Shown: piece after piece, positions 1 to 10,166 of the stretch | How the letters are laid out: each line of letters opens with the position of its first letter | Position numbering within the stretch: the stretch's first letter is position 1 | Source: Planctomycetota bacterium | GTDB lineage: Bacteria > Planctomycetota > Planctomycetia > Pirellulales > UBA1268 | DNA: 64,000 bases | Direction of reading: 5' to 3' | Assembly (NCBI GenBank): GCA_003669585.1 | Contig: QWOQ01000005.1 | Coordinates: forward strand, 650,502 to 714,501 | Notes under the pieces: generated by a model | The model's input: the letters and a program-made list of their open reading frames with translations, nothing else | Databases searched by the model: none | Told to the model about the DNA's origin: nothing | Translations under genes and position numbers: made by a program

Positions 1-347
1 ATCTTTCTCACGTAAAGAATGAACTCGGCCGAAGTTTTCAAACATGCAAAGAAAATAAAACCCGGTGAAAGACGTTCTTGATGATCGATTTCACGAAGGC
101 CTTCCTCTTTCTCTCGTCTTATTCAATCGTTTCACCATTCAAATGACGAGTCAAACACGACCAAAAAAACGTCAAGACTCTGTCAAGATTTCCAGTTTTT
201 TGTTTTTGGAAACAACAGAATGAACTTTACCCCTCTCAAGAAGGCTGCGATCAACGACAAACTCGCATTTTGAATCGATTCGCATTGTATGAGTCACCAT
301 TCCTTTACCTGCAAGAACACGAACTCTCTCAAGCGTGAAGCGAACTC

Positions 348-1601
348 TTACCGCAGCAGAAGATCTTCTCCTAGAGAAAGCGATTTTTCATCGTTTAAAA
401 AGAGAAGGGTCTCAGACCACCATCGCTTCCAAGGGTCTCCAACCACTTTATTATTGGCCGAAAAAAAGAGAGCGTCCGGGACGCATTCAACTGCAACTGA
501 ACCATTCGGGCATTCAACAATGGAAATTTTATTTTTCATCACGAGTGGCTGCTGCATTGAGTTTGATTCAAAAAAGATCTTGCTTTCGGCAAGGCGCACC
601 ACCAAAGAGAGCTGATCGAAAGCGATCGTCGGTGCTCTTGCCAACGACCCAGCTAAAAAAGAACGAAAACCAAGAAACGTAACAAGACTATCAATCAATG
701 ATCTCGAGAGACTGCCCTGGTTTGCATGTAAGCCAATGGTTCCTGAAATAAGGCGACCCCTTGAAAACACGCCCTCCGTCCACTCAATCGATGCGATACC
801 ACTCAATGCGTGCGGGGTCACATGAGCAATCTGTTCGAGTGAAATATTCTCCAACCGTCCAGTGCATGTGCCGCTCCAGAGTCCGGCGACTCTGGAACAA
901 TCGATGGTCCCTCTCACGAAAGCATTTTCGCCGCACAGAGATCTCCAGCCGAGAAGCTGACAAACCATTTCCCAGGGAACAGGATTATTGGCTCTCGCGA
1001 TGACCTCCACCCGTCCTGCGTCCAAGGGCATCGATCGCACTCGAAACTCATCCTCAGATTGTGGTTCCCTACGAATTCGAATCGCTCGCATCGACTCATC
1101 GGCAACGCACTCGATCCAGAATCCACCGAAAGAACTTGCCTCTGGGAATAACGGATTCTTTCCGGAAGACCATACGACTTCGTCGAGTTCGAGTACGTTT
1201 GATCCGGTTGAGCGAGGTAGCGGTCGCGATAGCCAGAGTGAGGCCAGATGCGCAAGCTCTCCGACAGCGTGCGGGGTCAGCGACAATTTTGGGATTCTGA
1301 CTCGGGTTCCATCTGAGGCCTCTTCCACATCGATGGAATCAATCTTTAATCGTTGGCTACTGCGGGAGGAAAATACCTCACAGCGATTCAACCGAACGAC
1401 TCCCGGTCGCACGTGTTCAATGAATTCACAATTAAAACGCAATCCAAAAGATTGTTCGATTTTCTCCAGAATCGCATTTTCGTGAGTCTTTCCAACTCGC
1501 AAAAGAGCCCAGCCCACGACACTGCCTGTGGGCAAAATGCACACGAGAACAAAAAGAAGTCGCATCCAATGAATGCGCACCTGTGAACGTTCGATGAACA
1601 T
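348..1601 (-). CDS. hypothetical protein with an N-terminal membrane anchor or signal segment
   Basis: Long ORF (417 aa) with a hydrophobic N-terminus (MRLLFVLVCILPTGSVVGW). It lies 28 nt downstream of aroC on the same strand. I recognise no family motif. Confidence 0.5.
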   Translation of the reverse strand: MFIERSQVRIHWMRLLFVLVCILPTGSVVGWALLRVGKTHENAILEKIEQSFGLRFNCEFIEHVRPGVVRLNRCEVFSSRSSQRLKIDSIDVEEASDGTRVRIPKLSLTPHAVGELAHLASLWLSRPLPRSTGSNVLELDEVVWSSGKNPLFPEASSFGGFWIECVADESMRAIRIRREPQSEDEFRVRSMPLDAGRVEVIARANNPVPWEMVCQLLGWRSLCGENAFVRGTIDCSRVAGLWSGTCTGRLENISLEQIAHVTPHALSGIASIEWTEGVFSRGRLISGTIGLHANQGSLSRSLIDSLVTFLGFRSFLAGSLARAPTIAFDQLSLVVRLAESKIFFESNSMQQPLVMKNKISIVECPNGSVAVECVPDALFFSANNKVVGDPWKRWWSETLLFLNDEKSLSLGEDLLLR

Positions 1602-1629
1602 CCCTGTTCGTCTCCCTGACCATCACCGC

Positions 1630-2769
1630 CTAGCGGGCTCTGGCCATTTCGTGAAACATCGACCACCGAGCCTGCATTTCGTCAACGCTGTCGCCACCAA
1701 ATTTTTCAACAAGCGCCGCGCCAATTTCAAAGGCAACCACATTTTCTACAATCACACTCGCCGCCGATACCGCGCAAACATCGCTGCGTTCATAGGCGGC
1801 TTCTTCTGATGTCTTCGTTTTCAGATTCACCGACCCCAGCGGCTTTCGCAGAGTGCTAATCGGTTTCATTGCGGCCCGCAATAGAAGTGGTTGACCGTTG
1901 GTCATTCCTGCCTCGAGTCCACCAGCATTATTTGTTGGGCGATCATATCCCAGACTCGGAGATGTCCGTTGCTTCGGGGCATACACAATTGCATCGTGCA
2001 CTTGCGAACCGGGACGACGAGCCGCCTCGAAACCCAAGCCAATCTCAACTCCCTTGATTGCCTGAATCGACATCACGGCCTGCGCAAGTTTTCCATCCAG
2101 TTTTAAATCCCACTGCGCATGACTTCCCAGTCCTATTGGCAGTCCTTCGACCCGCACCTCGACGATTCCTCCAAGCGTGTCTCCTTCTTTTCCGATTCGA
2201 TCGATGAGTTCCTTTATTTCTGAATCTCGATCAGGATGCAGCGAATAAATCTCACTTGAATCGCGTCTCAGTCTTGATTCTTTCAGATCCCCTGAATGTG
2301 ATCCGAGTACTACTCCTCCAAGTTCAACAACCCATCCGGCAACATCGATTCCGAAAACCGTGAGCAACTGCTTTACCATCGCTCCTGCCGCAACACGAGC
2401 AGCCGTCTCGCGTGCACTGGCGCGTTCGAGAACTCCACGAACGCTTCCCAAGTATTTGATCGCACCGGCAAGGTCGGCATGTCCCGGCCGCGGGCGATCA
2501 ACATCATCCAGCTTTTCAAGTTTTGAATCGCGGTTAATCACTTCAAGGGCAATCGGGCTTCCGATGGTGACGCCTCGCCAGAGCCCTGAAAGCACGGTCA
2601 CCGAATCGGTCTCGATGCGTTGTCTTCCTCCACGACCATACCCGCCCTGACGTCGAATCAATTCTTGATCGATGCATGATGTGTCAATCGTGAGCCCGGA
2701 CGGAAATCCGTCCACCAGCGCCACCAACGCAGGCCCGTGTGATTCACCGGCAGTCCAATAACGAAGCAT
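1630..2769 (-). CDS. aroC: chorismate synthase
   Basis: The N-terminus MLRYWTAGESHGPALVALVDGFPSGL and the GGYGRGGRQRIE motif are typical of AroC. I moved the start to the internal Met (2769) that gives the canonical N-terminus. Confidence 0.9.
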   Translation of the reverse strand: MLRYWTAGESHGPALVALVDGFPSGLTIDTSCIDQELIRRQGGYGRGGRQRIETDSVTVLSGLWRGVTIGSPIALEVINRDSKLEKLDDVDRPRPGHADLAGAIKYLGSVRGVLERASARETAARVAAGAMVKQLLTVFGIDVAGWVVELGGVVLGSHSGDLKESRLRRDSSEIYSLHPDRDSEIKELIDRIGKEGDTLGGIVEVRVEGLPIGLGSHAQWDLKLDGKLAQAVMSIQAIKGVEIGLGFEAARRPGSQVHDAIVYAPKQRTSPSLGYDRPTNNAGGLEAGMTNGQPLLLRAAMKPISTLRKPLGSVNLKTKTSEEAAYERSDVCAVSAASVIVENVVAFEIGAALVEKFGGDSVDEMQARWSMFHEMARAR

Positions 2770-2945
2770 ATCGATTATGAGGCATTGAGAAGAAAAGGGG
2801 CCCACGACTCATCCCGAGTGTAGTTCTCGCATGGACGCTGACCCAAGGGCATTCTTTCCCGTGCCGTGCCTCAATAAAAACTACATCAAATTTGACTTTT
2901 TACGAAGATATTGTGAAGGCGTGCGTTTGAGACAATATGGAATTT

Positions 2946-3872
2946 TCACACACCATGAGGAATCTTGCCCGTCAACCGAAGGCAGGCTTCAAAATACTTT
3001 TGACGAGTGCCTTCCACTATGTCGGCGGGCAGATTCGGTGGGGGACTTTGCTTATCCCACCCACTTTTTTCGAGCCAGTCGCGGACAAACTGCTTGTCGA
3101 ACGAATCTGGAACCTTTCCCAACTCAAGATTCTGCGCAGGCCAAAAACGCGAACTGTCGGGCGTGAGAACTTCATCGACGAGAATCAGTCTTCCGTCTGA
3201 GTCAAGTCCCCATTCGAACTTCGTGTCAGCCACCACGATGCCAACCTCCGCCGCATGCTTTGCACCACGACGGTAGACCGCGAGGCTTTTCTCACGCAGA
3301 CGCTCGGCGAGATCAGTTCCAATGACGTCTGCCATGACGGCAAAAGAAACGTTTTCGTCGTGTCCACTTTCTGCCTTTGTGGCTGGCGTAAAGATTGGTT
3401 CGGGAAGCTTCGAACCGGGGCCGAGTCCCGAAGGCAGTCTGATTCCACAGACAGTGCCACTCGAAAGATATTCGTTCAGGCCTGATCCAGCTAATCGATC
3501 ACGCACAACACACTCAAATGGAATCACTTCTGCACGTCGCACGAGCATGGTGCGACCCTGTAACGCCGCAAGATCGATTCCTTCAGGCAATCCCATCGAT
3601 TCTACGTCCGTAGAAAGAAGATGATGCTCAAGGGCAAGCGCTGAATCACTGCTCAGCCATCGAAACCAAAATTCAGAAATGCTCGTGAGCACTCGACCTT
3701 TGTCAGGAATCGGAGTCGGAAGTACCCAATCAAACGCGCTGATTCTATCTGTACTCACAAGAATCATTCGGTCGCCAAGCGAATAACAGTCTCGAACTTT
3801 ACCTCGATGGGCCTGACCGAGTGGCAGATCAGTGCGGATAAGAGCGTTGCCACATTTGTTTGCATCTAACAT
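2946..3872 (-). CDS. purC: phosphoribosylaminoimidazole-succinocarboxamide (SAICAR) synthase
   Basis: GKVRDCYSLGDRMILVSTDRISAFD and LVDEVLTPDSSRFW are the long-form PurC signature motifs. Confidence 0.9.
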   Translation of the reverse strand: MLDANKCGNALIRTDLPLGQAHRGKVRDCYSLGDRMILVSTDRISAFDWVLPTPIPDKGRVLTSISEFWFRWLSSDSALALEHHLLSTDVESMGLPEGIDLAALQGRTMLVRRAEVIPFECVVRDRLAGSGLNEYLSSGTVCGIRLPSGLGPGSKLPEPIFTPATKAESGHDENVSFAVMADVIGTDLAERLREKSLAVYRRGAKHAAEVGIVVADTKFEWGLDSDGRLILVDEVLTPDSSRFWPAQNLELGKVPDSFDKQFVRDWLEKSGWDKQSPPPNLPADIVEGTRQKYFEACLRLTGKIPHGV

Positions 3873-4003
3873 CGCTCACTCCTGAGTTCACGCTTCAAAA
3901 ATCCCCAGCCTGATCCCGAACTACCGCATTCGGGTGCGTCATGACAGCACGTCTGTACGAGGAGCTAAAAACTCTAACACGAAAAACTGTTCTGGAAATA
4001 ATA

Positions 4004-7000
4004 TTACTGAAAGTCACGGGAGCAATTCGGTATTTCATCGTGTCGGTTCGATCCGTCTTCCAGTCGTGTTGCGATCACATGAATGGCACTTTCCCTCCGT
4101 TCGATACGGCCCTGCACCAATAAAAAATTCGCGCGGCGCACCGCGCCTGAGGTGCTTTGCCATACGTGAGAACGCACCACGACATTGACTGCTGCGGTCT
4201 CGTCCTCAATGGTGACAAACACAATACCCTTGGCTGTTGGAGGGCGTTGCCGCATGAGAACTATGCCTGCGGTCCATACCATTTCTCCGTCCGGTCGCTG
4301 CCGAAGTGTCACATTGGTAATACATCCGAGTTGATCGAGACGTTTCCGCTCAAATTCAATCGGATGCCCCCGAAGTGACACGCCATTGGTTCGATACTCG
4401 GACAAGACATCTTGACGCAATGAAGAAACAGAAAGATCGGGTGACGGGTCGTCAATATCTTTGAGAGATTCAAACAACGGCGCCGTTCCCGGTCGATTCT
4501 GATACTGCATCGCTTGCCACAAGGCGATTCGACGACCTTTGCCAAGACTCTGCATCGCTCCGGAACGCGCCACATGCATGATTACAGCACGATCGATCCG
4601 CGCTCGTCGAGCCAGATCTTCGAATGAAATGAAACTACCATCTCTCCTTGCTAGTTCGATGCGCATACCTGCCGCTTCTCCAAGCCCATGAATCTGCTGA
4701 AGCCCAAGCCGAACGGCAGGCGGCTGGCCGACGATTCCCTCCAAGCACGCATGCCATCCGCTCCACTGGATGTCCGGCGGTCGCACCTCGACCCCATGCA
4801 ACTGCGCATCGCGCACAAGCTGTGCGGGTGCATAAAATCCCATCGGCTGACTGGCTAACAGGGCTGCTGTGAATGCCGCTGGATGATGGCACTTCAGCCA
4901 CGCCGAAACATACACCAAGAGTGCAAAACTTGCTGCGTGCGACTCGGGAAATCCATATTCACCAAAACCGCGAATCTGTTGAAACACTTGTTGGGAAAAT
5001 TTCTCCGATAGTCCACGAGCTTGCATGCCTGCAACGAGCCTGCGACGAAACTCATCGATCACGCCGGGGCGCCGCCAGGCCCCCATCGCACGTCGCAACT
5101 CATCGGCCTCACCGGGCGTGAATCCAGCGGCCACCACCGCCAATCGCATTGCCTGCTCCTGAAAAAGTGGTACTCCAAGCGTTTTTTCGAGTACCGCACG
5201 CACTGCCTCGCTGGGATATTCGGCACATTCTTCACCTGCGCGACGACGCAGATAGGGGTGCACCATATCTCCTTGAATTGGTCCCGGACGCACGATCGCT
5301 ACTTCAATCACCAAATCGTAAAAACATCTGGGCTTGAGCCGCGGCAGCATGCTCATTTGCGCACGACTTTCAATCTGAAACACGCCCACCGTATCGGCAC
5401 TACAGATCATGTCATATACCTGAGGATCTTCTGCAGGAATATCTGCCATCGTGATGTTGATTCCGTTGTAAGCGTGAATCATTTTCATCGTCTTGCCGAT
5501 CGCCGTAAGCATTCCCAGAGCGAGACAGTCTATTTTTAGAATTCCCAGTTCATCCAGATCGTCCTTGTTCCATTGCACAATCGTGCGGCCATTCATCGCC
5601 GCTTTCTGAATTGGTACCAGTTCACACAAATCTCCGCGCGTGATCACCATCCCTCCAACATGCTGCCCCAGATGGCGTGGAAATCCGATTAATTCCCCCA
5701 CGAGAAACAAGAGCTTGCGACCGGTGTCGGAATCTGGATCAAAGCCGGTTTCCTTCAGCCGAGCAGCGAGTGATTCAAGACCGTCTTTCACATCGAGCAC
5801 TCGAGCAAGAGACTGAATTCGATCGAGTGACAATCCCAGTGACTTTCCCACATCACGCACTGCAGACCTCAGGCGATAGCGGATCACTTCCGCTGTCATG
5901 CCGGCTCGGTGGCGCCCATACGTTTTGTAAAGATACTGGATGACTTCCTCTCGTCGCGCGTGCTCAAAATCAATGTCGATATCCGGCGCTTCACTTCGTT
6001 CGCGGCTGATAAATCGCTCGAAGAGTACGTCCATTCTCGACGGATCGACCGATGTGATGCCCAGACAATAACAAATGGCCGAATTCGCAGCCGACCCTCG
6101 TCCTTGACAGAGAATTCCTCGACGACGCGCAAAACGAACAAGATCGAATACCGTTAGAAAATAAGATTCGTATTTGAGTTCAGTGACAAGTAAAAGTTCG
6201 TGTTGAATCAATGAACACACTTTTTCTGGAATTCCATCCGGATAGCGTTTATTTCCTCCCATCCATACCAGATGTGCCAGGTGCTCTTGTGGTGTGCGTC
6301 CAGACGGCACGACTGAATCTGGATACTCGTAACGCAGTTCATCGAGAGAGAAGGTGCACCGATTCGCCAGCTCAATGGTTCGTTCAATGGCTCCCGGAAC
6401 AGACCTGAACCTCTCGGCAATCTGTTGTCGCGGATGAAGATGCCGTTCTCCGTTGGTCAGCAGTCGATCGCGAGCTTCCTGCACGGTGCAGCCATGCCTC
6501 ACTGACGAGAGCACATCGGCAAGCATCATGCGAGAACGAACGTGATACCGCACATTTCCAGCAGCCACTATCGGGACATTCGCCGCAGTTGTCACTGTTG
6601 ACCATCGATCTAAATTCCTCTCGTCGTTTCCCTCTCGTGAACACGATGCAATCGCATAGAATCGGTCACCGAAAAGCTCCCGCCAACGTTCAAGCTGAAT
6701 CCGTGTGCTTGGCCGTATTGTACTTTCGTCCGCCGTCAGCGGCATTCCGGCCAAAAGACCTTCGGCATACGCTGCCACATCGTCCAACTCGAGGAGACAG
6801 CAATCTTTTTCGCCGAGCTGGTAACCGCGCGTCAGCAATCGACAGAGATTCCCGTAACCCTTTCGATCTATCGACCAGAGCACAAGAGGTGCCATGCCAA
6901 CTGGTTCAATAGTGGCACCGACAAGAAGATGAATGCCTGCCTGTTTTGCGGCGACATGGGCTCGCACGACTCCGGAAACGCTCGAACAATCTGTGATGGC

Positions 7001-7168
7001 GATCGCACTGTATCCAAAAGCGGCAGCGCGCATCACCAACTCCTCTGGATGAGAGGCTCCCTGAAGAAATGAGAAGTTGCTTATGCAGTGCACTTCGGCA
7101 TACGCTGCGCACACATTCGGATTCAACGGGGCAGGGGGACCATTTTCAGAAGGCGGTTGGAGCATCAA
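4004..7168 (-). CDS. dnaE2: error-prone DNA polymerase III alpha-type subunit DnaE2 (ImuC)
   Basis: The 1054-aa protein has a PHP-domain N-terminus YAEVHCISNFSFLQGASHPEELV and the pol III alpha core motifs (PDIDIDF, GLLKIDCLALGML-like). It lies immediately downstream of imuA/imuB-like genes. Confidence 0.9.
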   Translation of the reverse strand: MMLQPPSENGPPAPLNPNVCAAYAEVHCISNFSFLQGASHPEELVMRAAAFGYSAIAITDCSSVSGVVRAHVAAKQAGIHLLVGATIEPVGMAPLVLWSIDRKGYGNLCRLLTRGYQLGEKDCCLLELDDVAAYAEGLLAGMPLTADESTIRPSTRIQLERWRELFGDRFYAIASCSREGNDERNLDRWSTVTTAANVPIVAAGNVRYHVRSRMMLADVLSSVRHGCTVQEARDRLLTNGERHLHPRQQIAERFRSVPGAIERTIELANRCTFSLDELRYEYPDSVVPSGRTPQEHLAHLVWMGGNKRYPDGIPEKVCSLIQHELLLVTELKYESYFLTVFDLVRFARRRGILCQGRGSAANSAICYCLGITSVDPSRMDVLFERFISRERSEAPDIDIDFEHARREEVIQYLYKTYGRHRAGMTAEVIRYRLRSAVRDVGKSLGLSLDRIQSLARVLDVKDGLESLAARLKETGFDPDSDTGRKLLFLVGELIGFPRHLGQHVGGMVITRGDLCELVPIQKAAMNGRTIVQWNKDDLDELGILKIDCLALGMLTAIGKTMKMIHAYNGINITMADIPAEDPQVYDMICSADTVGVFQIESRAQMSMLPRLKPRCFYDLVIEVAIVRPGPIQGDMVHPYLRRRAGEECAEYPSEAVRAVLEKTLGVPLFQEQAMRLAVVAAGFTPGEADELRRAMGAWRRPGVIDEFRRRLVAGMQARGLSEKFSQQVFQQIRGFGEYGFPESHAASFALLVYVSAWLKCHHPAAFTAALLASQPMGFYAPAQLVRDAQLHGVEVRPPDIQWSGWHACLEGIVGQPPAVRLGLQQIHGLGEAAGMRIELARRDGSFISFEDLARRARIDRAVIMHVARSGAMQSLGKGRRIALWQAMQYQNRPGTAPLFESLKDIDDPSPDLSVSSLRQDVLSEYRTNGVSLRGHPIEFERKRLDQLGCITNVTLRQRPDGEMVWTAGIVLMRQRPPTAKGIVFVTIEDETAAVNVVVRSHVWQSTSGAVRRANFLLVQGRIERRESAIHVIATRLEDGSNRHDEIPNCSRDFQ

Positions 7169-7255
7169 TACTTTCCAGGATCCGATGCGTTCATGACGAC
7201 AGATCGCAACACGTCAGCGACGGAATACGTGAATCGTTTTGAATCGTTTGGAGAG

Positions 7256-8983
7256 TCATGAAAATTCTCCGTGAAGAAACCAATGACCATCTCGCAACCG
7301 TCGAAACAACCACCACATCGATCCCGTTTCGGTTTCAACGACGTAATAGTCGCGACGTACGCTCGCACCGCGCCACCACGCAGTTTCGATGCGTTCAGGT
7401 CCATCTACCTTTGAAATCGTGTGATTCTTTCCATCCCATTGAAACTGCGTTGGATGTCCATTGAATGTCTGCAGCGGGATTTCGAGTGGAAGCGGTCGAG
7501 AATGCATTCGAATCGGCCTGCGGCCGTGCGTCCAAACAGCAACACGTTCGGTTGCCTGCGGTTGCCTGCGGGCACGGTTACGGCGGCCCGAACGAGTCGT
7601 TTCACTTTGATGAACTGTCTGCGAATCAATACGCGGCGGAACTGCAATCCATGCATATTCTGGCTGCGTATCGGCTATCAACTGTGGCTGAAACACAGCA
7701 GATCGACCGAGTCTTCCTGAGAATCGATCAACGAGCATTCCCACTCGCTGTGCCTTTGAGTGACAGGCGTCTGTTTCTCCAAAGAGCGTTCGCTGTCGAC
7801 AAGTTGTTACCGCAACTTGAATCACTTCAAGTACGATCTCATCAACTTCACCCGAAAGCCGAACGCGTTCCATTCGCATGCGCAAAAGGTCCCCTAGATG
7901 TCGCACTGATGTGCTCGGACCGAAAAGCCCCACATCGATCACCACTGGCGCAGCTTTACTTCGTTGGAATCGCATCTGCACCGCCATAGCCCCCAATCCT
8001 TGCTGCAATAATTTCCGACAGCATTCAGCCAGCATTTGATCGAGCATGCCGTCGATGGCAGCGATCGTAGACACCGGCGACTCAAAACAGTGCCGCGATT
8101 CAGGCAGAGAATTCTCCGCAATGCTTGCAAGTGGTTCAAACAAGGTTCCTTCGAACTGCGAAAGCCTCGTGGTGAGTGTTTTCGCAAACCGCGACGCCAA
8201 ACTACTGCGCGGCAGTTGCATCAATTGAGCGATTGAATGAACCCCTAGTTCAGAGAGCCTATCCGCGATCTCGCTCCCCACCTGAAGCGAAGCAACGGAA
8301 AGGTGTGCCAGCCATTCTGATTGTTTTTGAGATGGCACGACACACCAGCGCCGAACTCGATTTGTAGAAACACAGCGAGGGGATTCGACGGCAGACGCGA
8401 CCTGATTGGTGTGGTGTGCTGCGGCCCAAGCAGCCGCAGGTGTGTCGGCAATCGCAGCGCACGAAGAGATACCGCGAACGGCTAGCATCCGTACAGCCGT
8501 ACGCACAATGGTGTCATCTCCTCCAAACAGATTCGCTGTTCCAGTCACATCTACATGAATGCATTCCGGACAGGCTGTATTTTCTAGCGCGACGATCGGG
8601 GCAAATCTCCGACACCAGCGTGCTACTGTGCGCAGGGAGTCACGATCGGCTTCCAATTCCTCGTGCTCGATCAAAATCGAGTGACATGCCTGCGATCCAT
8701 ACTCCTGCGACAGCACCGACATCGCTTCGGACAACGACATGAATATTCCGATTTGTGGTTTTTGACGACGTCGAGAGCCTCGCTCGCGACCTGCTTTTCC
8801 ATCACATGATCGATCCCTCGAGGTTGGATCAACTATCGAAGATGATGTGTTCGGCCAAAACCAAGACACGACTCTCAATGCACCAGCACCATGCCTGCGA
8901 CAGATCAGCATTGGAAGATTCCTGCGTTCGGGATGGTCTAGAATTCGTCGCTGCACAGGCCATCGTGGAATCCAGATCGTCAT
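7256..8983 (-). CDS. imuB: ImuB, a Y-family-polymerase-like protein of the mutagenesis cassette
   Basis: It has an ImuB-like N-terminus (MTIWIPRWPVQRR) and a Y-family-like fold pattern, and it sits between imuA-like and dnaE2. The start is set to the internal Met at 8983. The longest ORF, to 9079, would overlap imuA. Confidence 0.8.
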   Translation of the reverse strand: MTIWIPRWPVQRRILDHPERRNLPMLICRRHGAGALRVVSWFWPNTSSSIVDPTSRDRSCDGKAGRERGSRRRQKPQIGIFMSLSEAMSVLSQEYGSQACHSILIEHEELEADRDSLRTVARWCRRFAPIVALENTACPECIHVDVTGTANLFGGDDTIVRTAVRMLAVRGISSCAAIADTPAAAWAAAHHTNQVASAVESPRCVSTNRVRRWCVVPSQKQSEWLAHLSVASLQVGSEIADRLSELGVHSIAQLMQLPRSSLASRFAKTLTTRLSQFEGTLFEPLASIAENSLPESRHCFESPVSTIAAIDGMLDQMLAECCRKLLQQGLGAMAVQMRFQRSKAAPVVIDVGLFGPSTSVRHLGDLLRMRMERVRLSGEVDEIVLEVIQVAVTTCRQRTLFGETDACHSKAQRVGMLVDRFSGRLGRSAVFQPQLIADTQPEYAWIAVPPRIDSQTVHQSETTRSGRRNRARRQPQATERVAVWTHGRRPIRMHSRPLPLEIPLQTFNGHPTQFQWDGKNHTISKVDGPERIETAWWRGASVRRDYYVVETETGSMWWLFRRLRDGHWFLHGEFS

Positions 8984-9029
8984 GATGCGTGACATGAAAG
9001 AACAGACTGTGTGGTGTGTATTGGATCGG

Positions 9030-9902
9030 CTAGTTGGCGATTTCAACGGTCTGATATTCAAGACCATGTTCAAGCTCAATCACAACTTCTGCACGCCTTG
9101 GACAATTCATACCGAATCCACTCAACAATGTGACTTGTAATCGACGCAGCACAGACAACTCAAACCTTGATTGACATGGAAGTGGTTGAACAAGAATTCG
9201 TGCTTCGGCCCATGAAGGCTCCGACTGCACTTGTGCCGACCGAATAAAGAGTCCAACAACTCCACTTTTGCGCGCGGCAAGATGCCAGCGACGCATTGCC
9301 GTGGGATGAATACAGCCAAGCCAAGCCACTACGACTGAAACTCCTGAGCATTGCAACGACTGATCAATCGACCACGCCTCGTCGACGGCATTTGAAGGAT
9401 TGGCTATCACCATGTGGCGCTGCGACATCCACGGCAACACGGCCGGGGGATGGAAAGAAAATGCTCTATCGATGACAAGAATTGTTCCGTCTTGGGGCGT
9501 TACGCAACGTGCTACCGCGAAAACAAGCGTTGACGCACCGCAGCCATCCTCCGTTGCAAGCCATTCCACAAGACTTCCTCGGCGCACTCCTCCGACTGGA
9601 AGCATCTGATCGATCGAATGAAATCCGCTCGATACCACTTCGCAAGCCAAACCATCAGCAGGGGACAATTCAATACGATCAATTCTCTTCTGCAAAGATT
9701 CTGCCGACATACTCTTTGCAACAGTCCTCAACTCTGAATCAGCATGCGTTCTGTGATTGAATGGTTCGGCTGTCGTCGCTGGGATCTTTTTTTCTCTATT
9801 TAAATCATCTGCAACTCGGCCAGAATCATTCGATAACACTCGCAAAGAATGTTTTTTATTCTCGAGATTGTTCCCTGATTTTTGATTCCGCATCATTGCC
9901 AT
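9030..9902 (-). CDS. imuA: ImuA, a RecA/SulA-like protein of the mutagenesis cassette
   Basis: The motif GGVRRGSLVEWLATEDGCGASTLVFAVA resembles ImuA (GG.PrG.l.E.). It is the first gene of the imuA-imuB-dnaE2 arrangement. The longest ORF starts at a GTG inside the upstream palindrome, so I prefer ATG 9902, which is preceded by GGAG. Confidence 0.7.
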   Translation of the reverse strand: MAMMRNQKSGNNLENKKHSLRVLSNDSGRVADDLNREKKIPATTAEPFNHRTHADSELRTVAKSMSAESLQKRIDRIELSPADGLACEVVSSGFHSIDQMLPVGGVRRGSLVEWLATEDGCGASTLVFAVARCVTPQDGTILVIDRAFSFHPPAVLPWMSQRHMVIANPSNAVDEAWSIDQSLQCSGVSVVVAWLGCIHPTAMRRWHLAARKSGVVGLFIRSAQVQSEPSWAEARILVQPLPCQSRFELSVLRRLQVTLLSGFGMNCPRRAEVVIELEHGLEYQTVEIAN

Positions 9903-9931
9903 CGACTCCGGGAGACATTGCCTGCCAAATG

Positions 9932-9945
9932 TGTACACATGTACA
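9932..9945 (-). promoter_or_regulatory. candidate LexA/SOS operator TGTACACATGTACA upstream of imuA
   Basis: The 14-bp palindrome has a GTAC-N4-GTAC core. It lies about 30 nt upstream of imuA ATG 9902 and just downstream of a minus-strand TTGACG hexamer (9953-9958). It is near-identical to the site upstream of recA at 30782-30795. Confidence 0.5.
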
Positions 9946-10080
9946 CCTTCTTCGTCAAGTCACTTTGCCGGAGATTTTATTTTTCGAATACACCCGAATA
10001 CACCGCGGGCTGTCTGCTTGGGCTCTCGAAAGGGGCTCAGGGGTGTTCTTCGATTGATACCGGCAGCGTCTGCCGCTGAA

Positions 10081-10107
10081 GAAAAACACCCGAAGAGAGA
10101 GTCTTCG
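10081..10107 (-). terminator. putative intrinsic terminator after the 10167-11603 gene
   Basis: On the minus strand the sequence reads CGAAGA-CTCTC-TCTTCG followed by GGTGTTTTTC. It lies about 60 nt after the stop at 10167. The stem is short, only 6 bp. Confidence 0.4.
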
Positions 10108-10166
10108 AATGTTTTTTTTGTTTTTTTACTGGCGAGGGCGAGACGCAATTCTTTTTTCAAGACTCG

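Noticed and set aside
1-45. A possible minus-strand gene start (MFENFGRVHSLREKD...) running off the left edge.
   Set aside because: Only 15 codons are visible and there is no RBS. I cannot support it.
5021-5539. A 172-aa plus-strand ORF inside dnaE2, along with the many other 60-170-aa ORFs nested in or antisense to the large genes.
   Set aside because: They overlap genes that have strong homology signatures, and they carry no motifs of their own.
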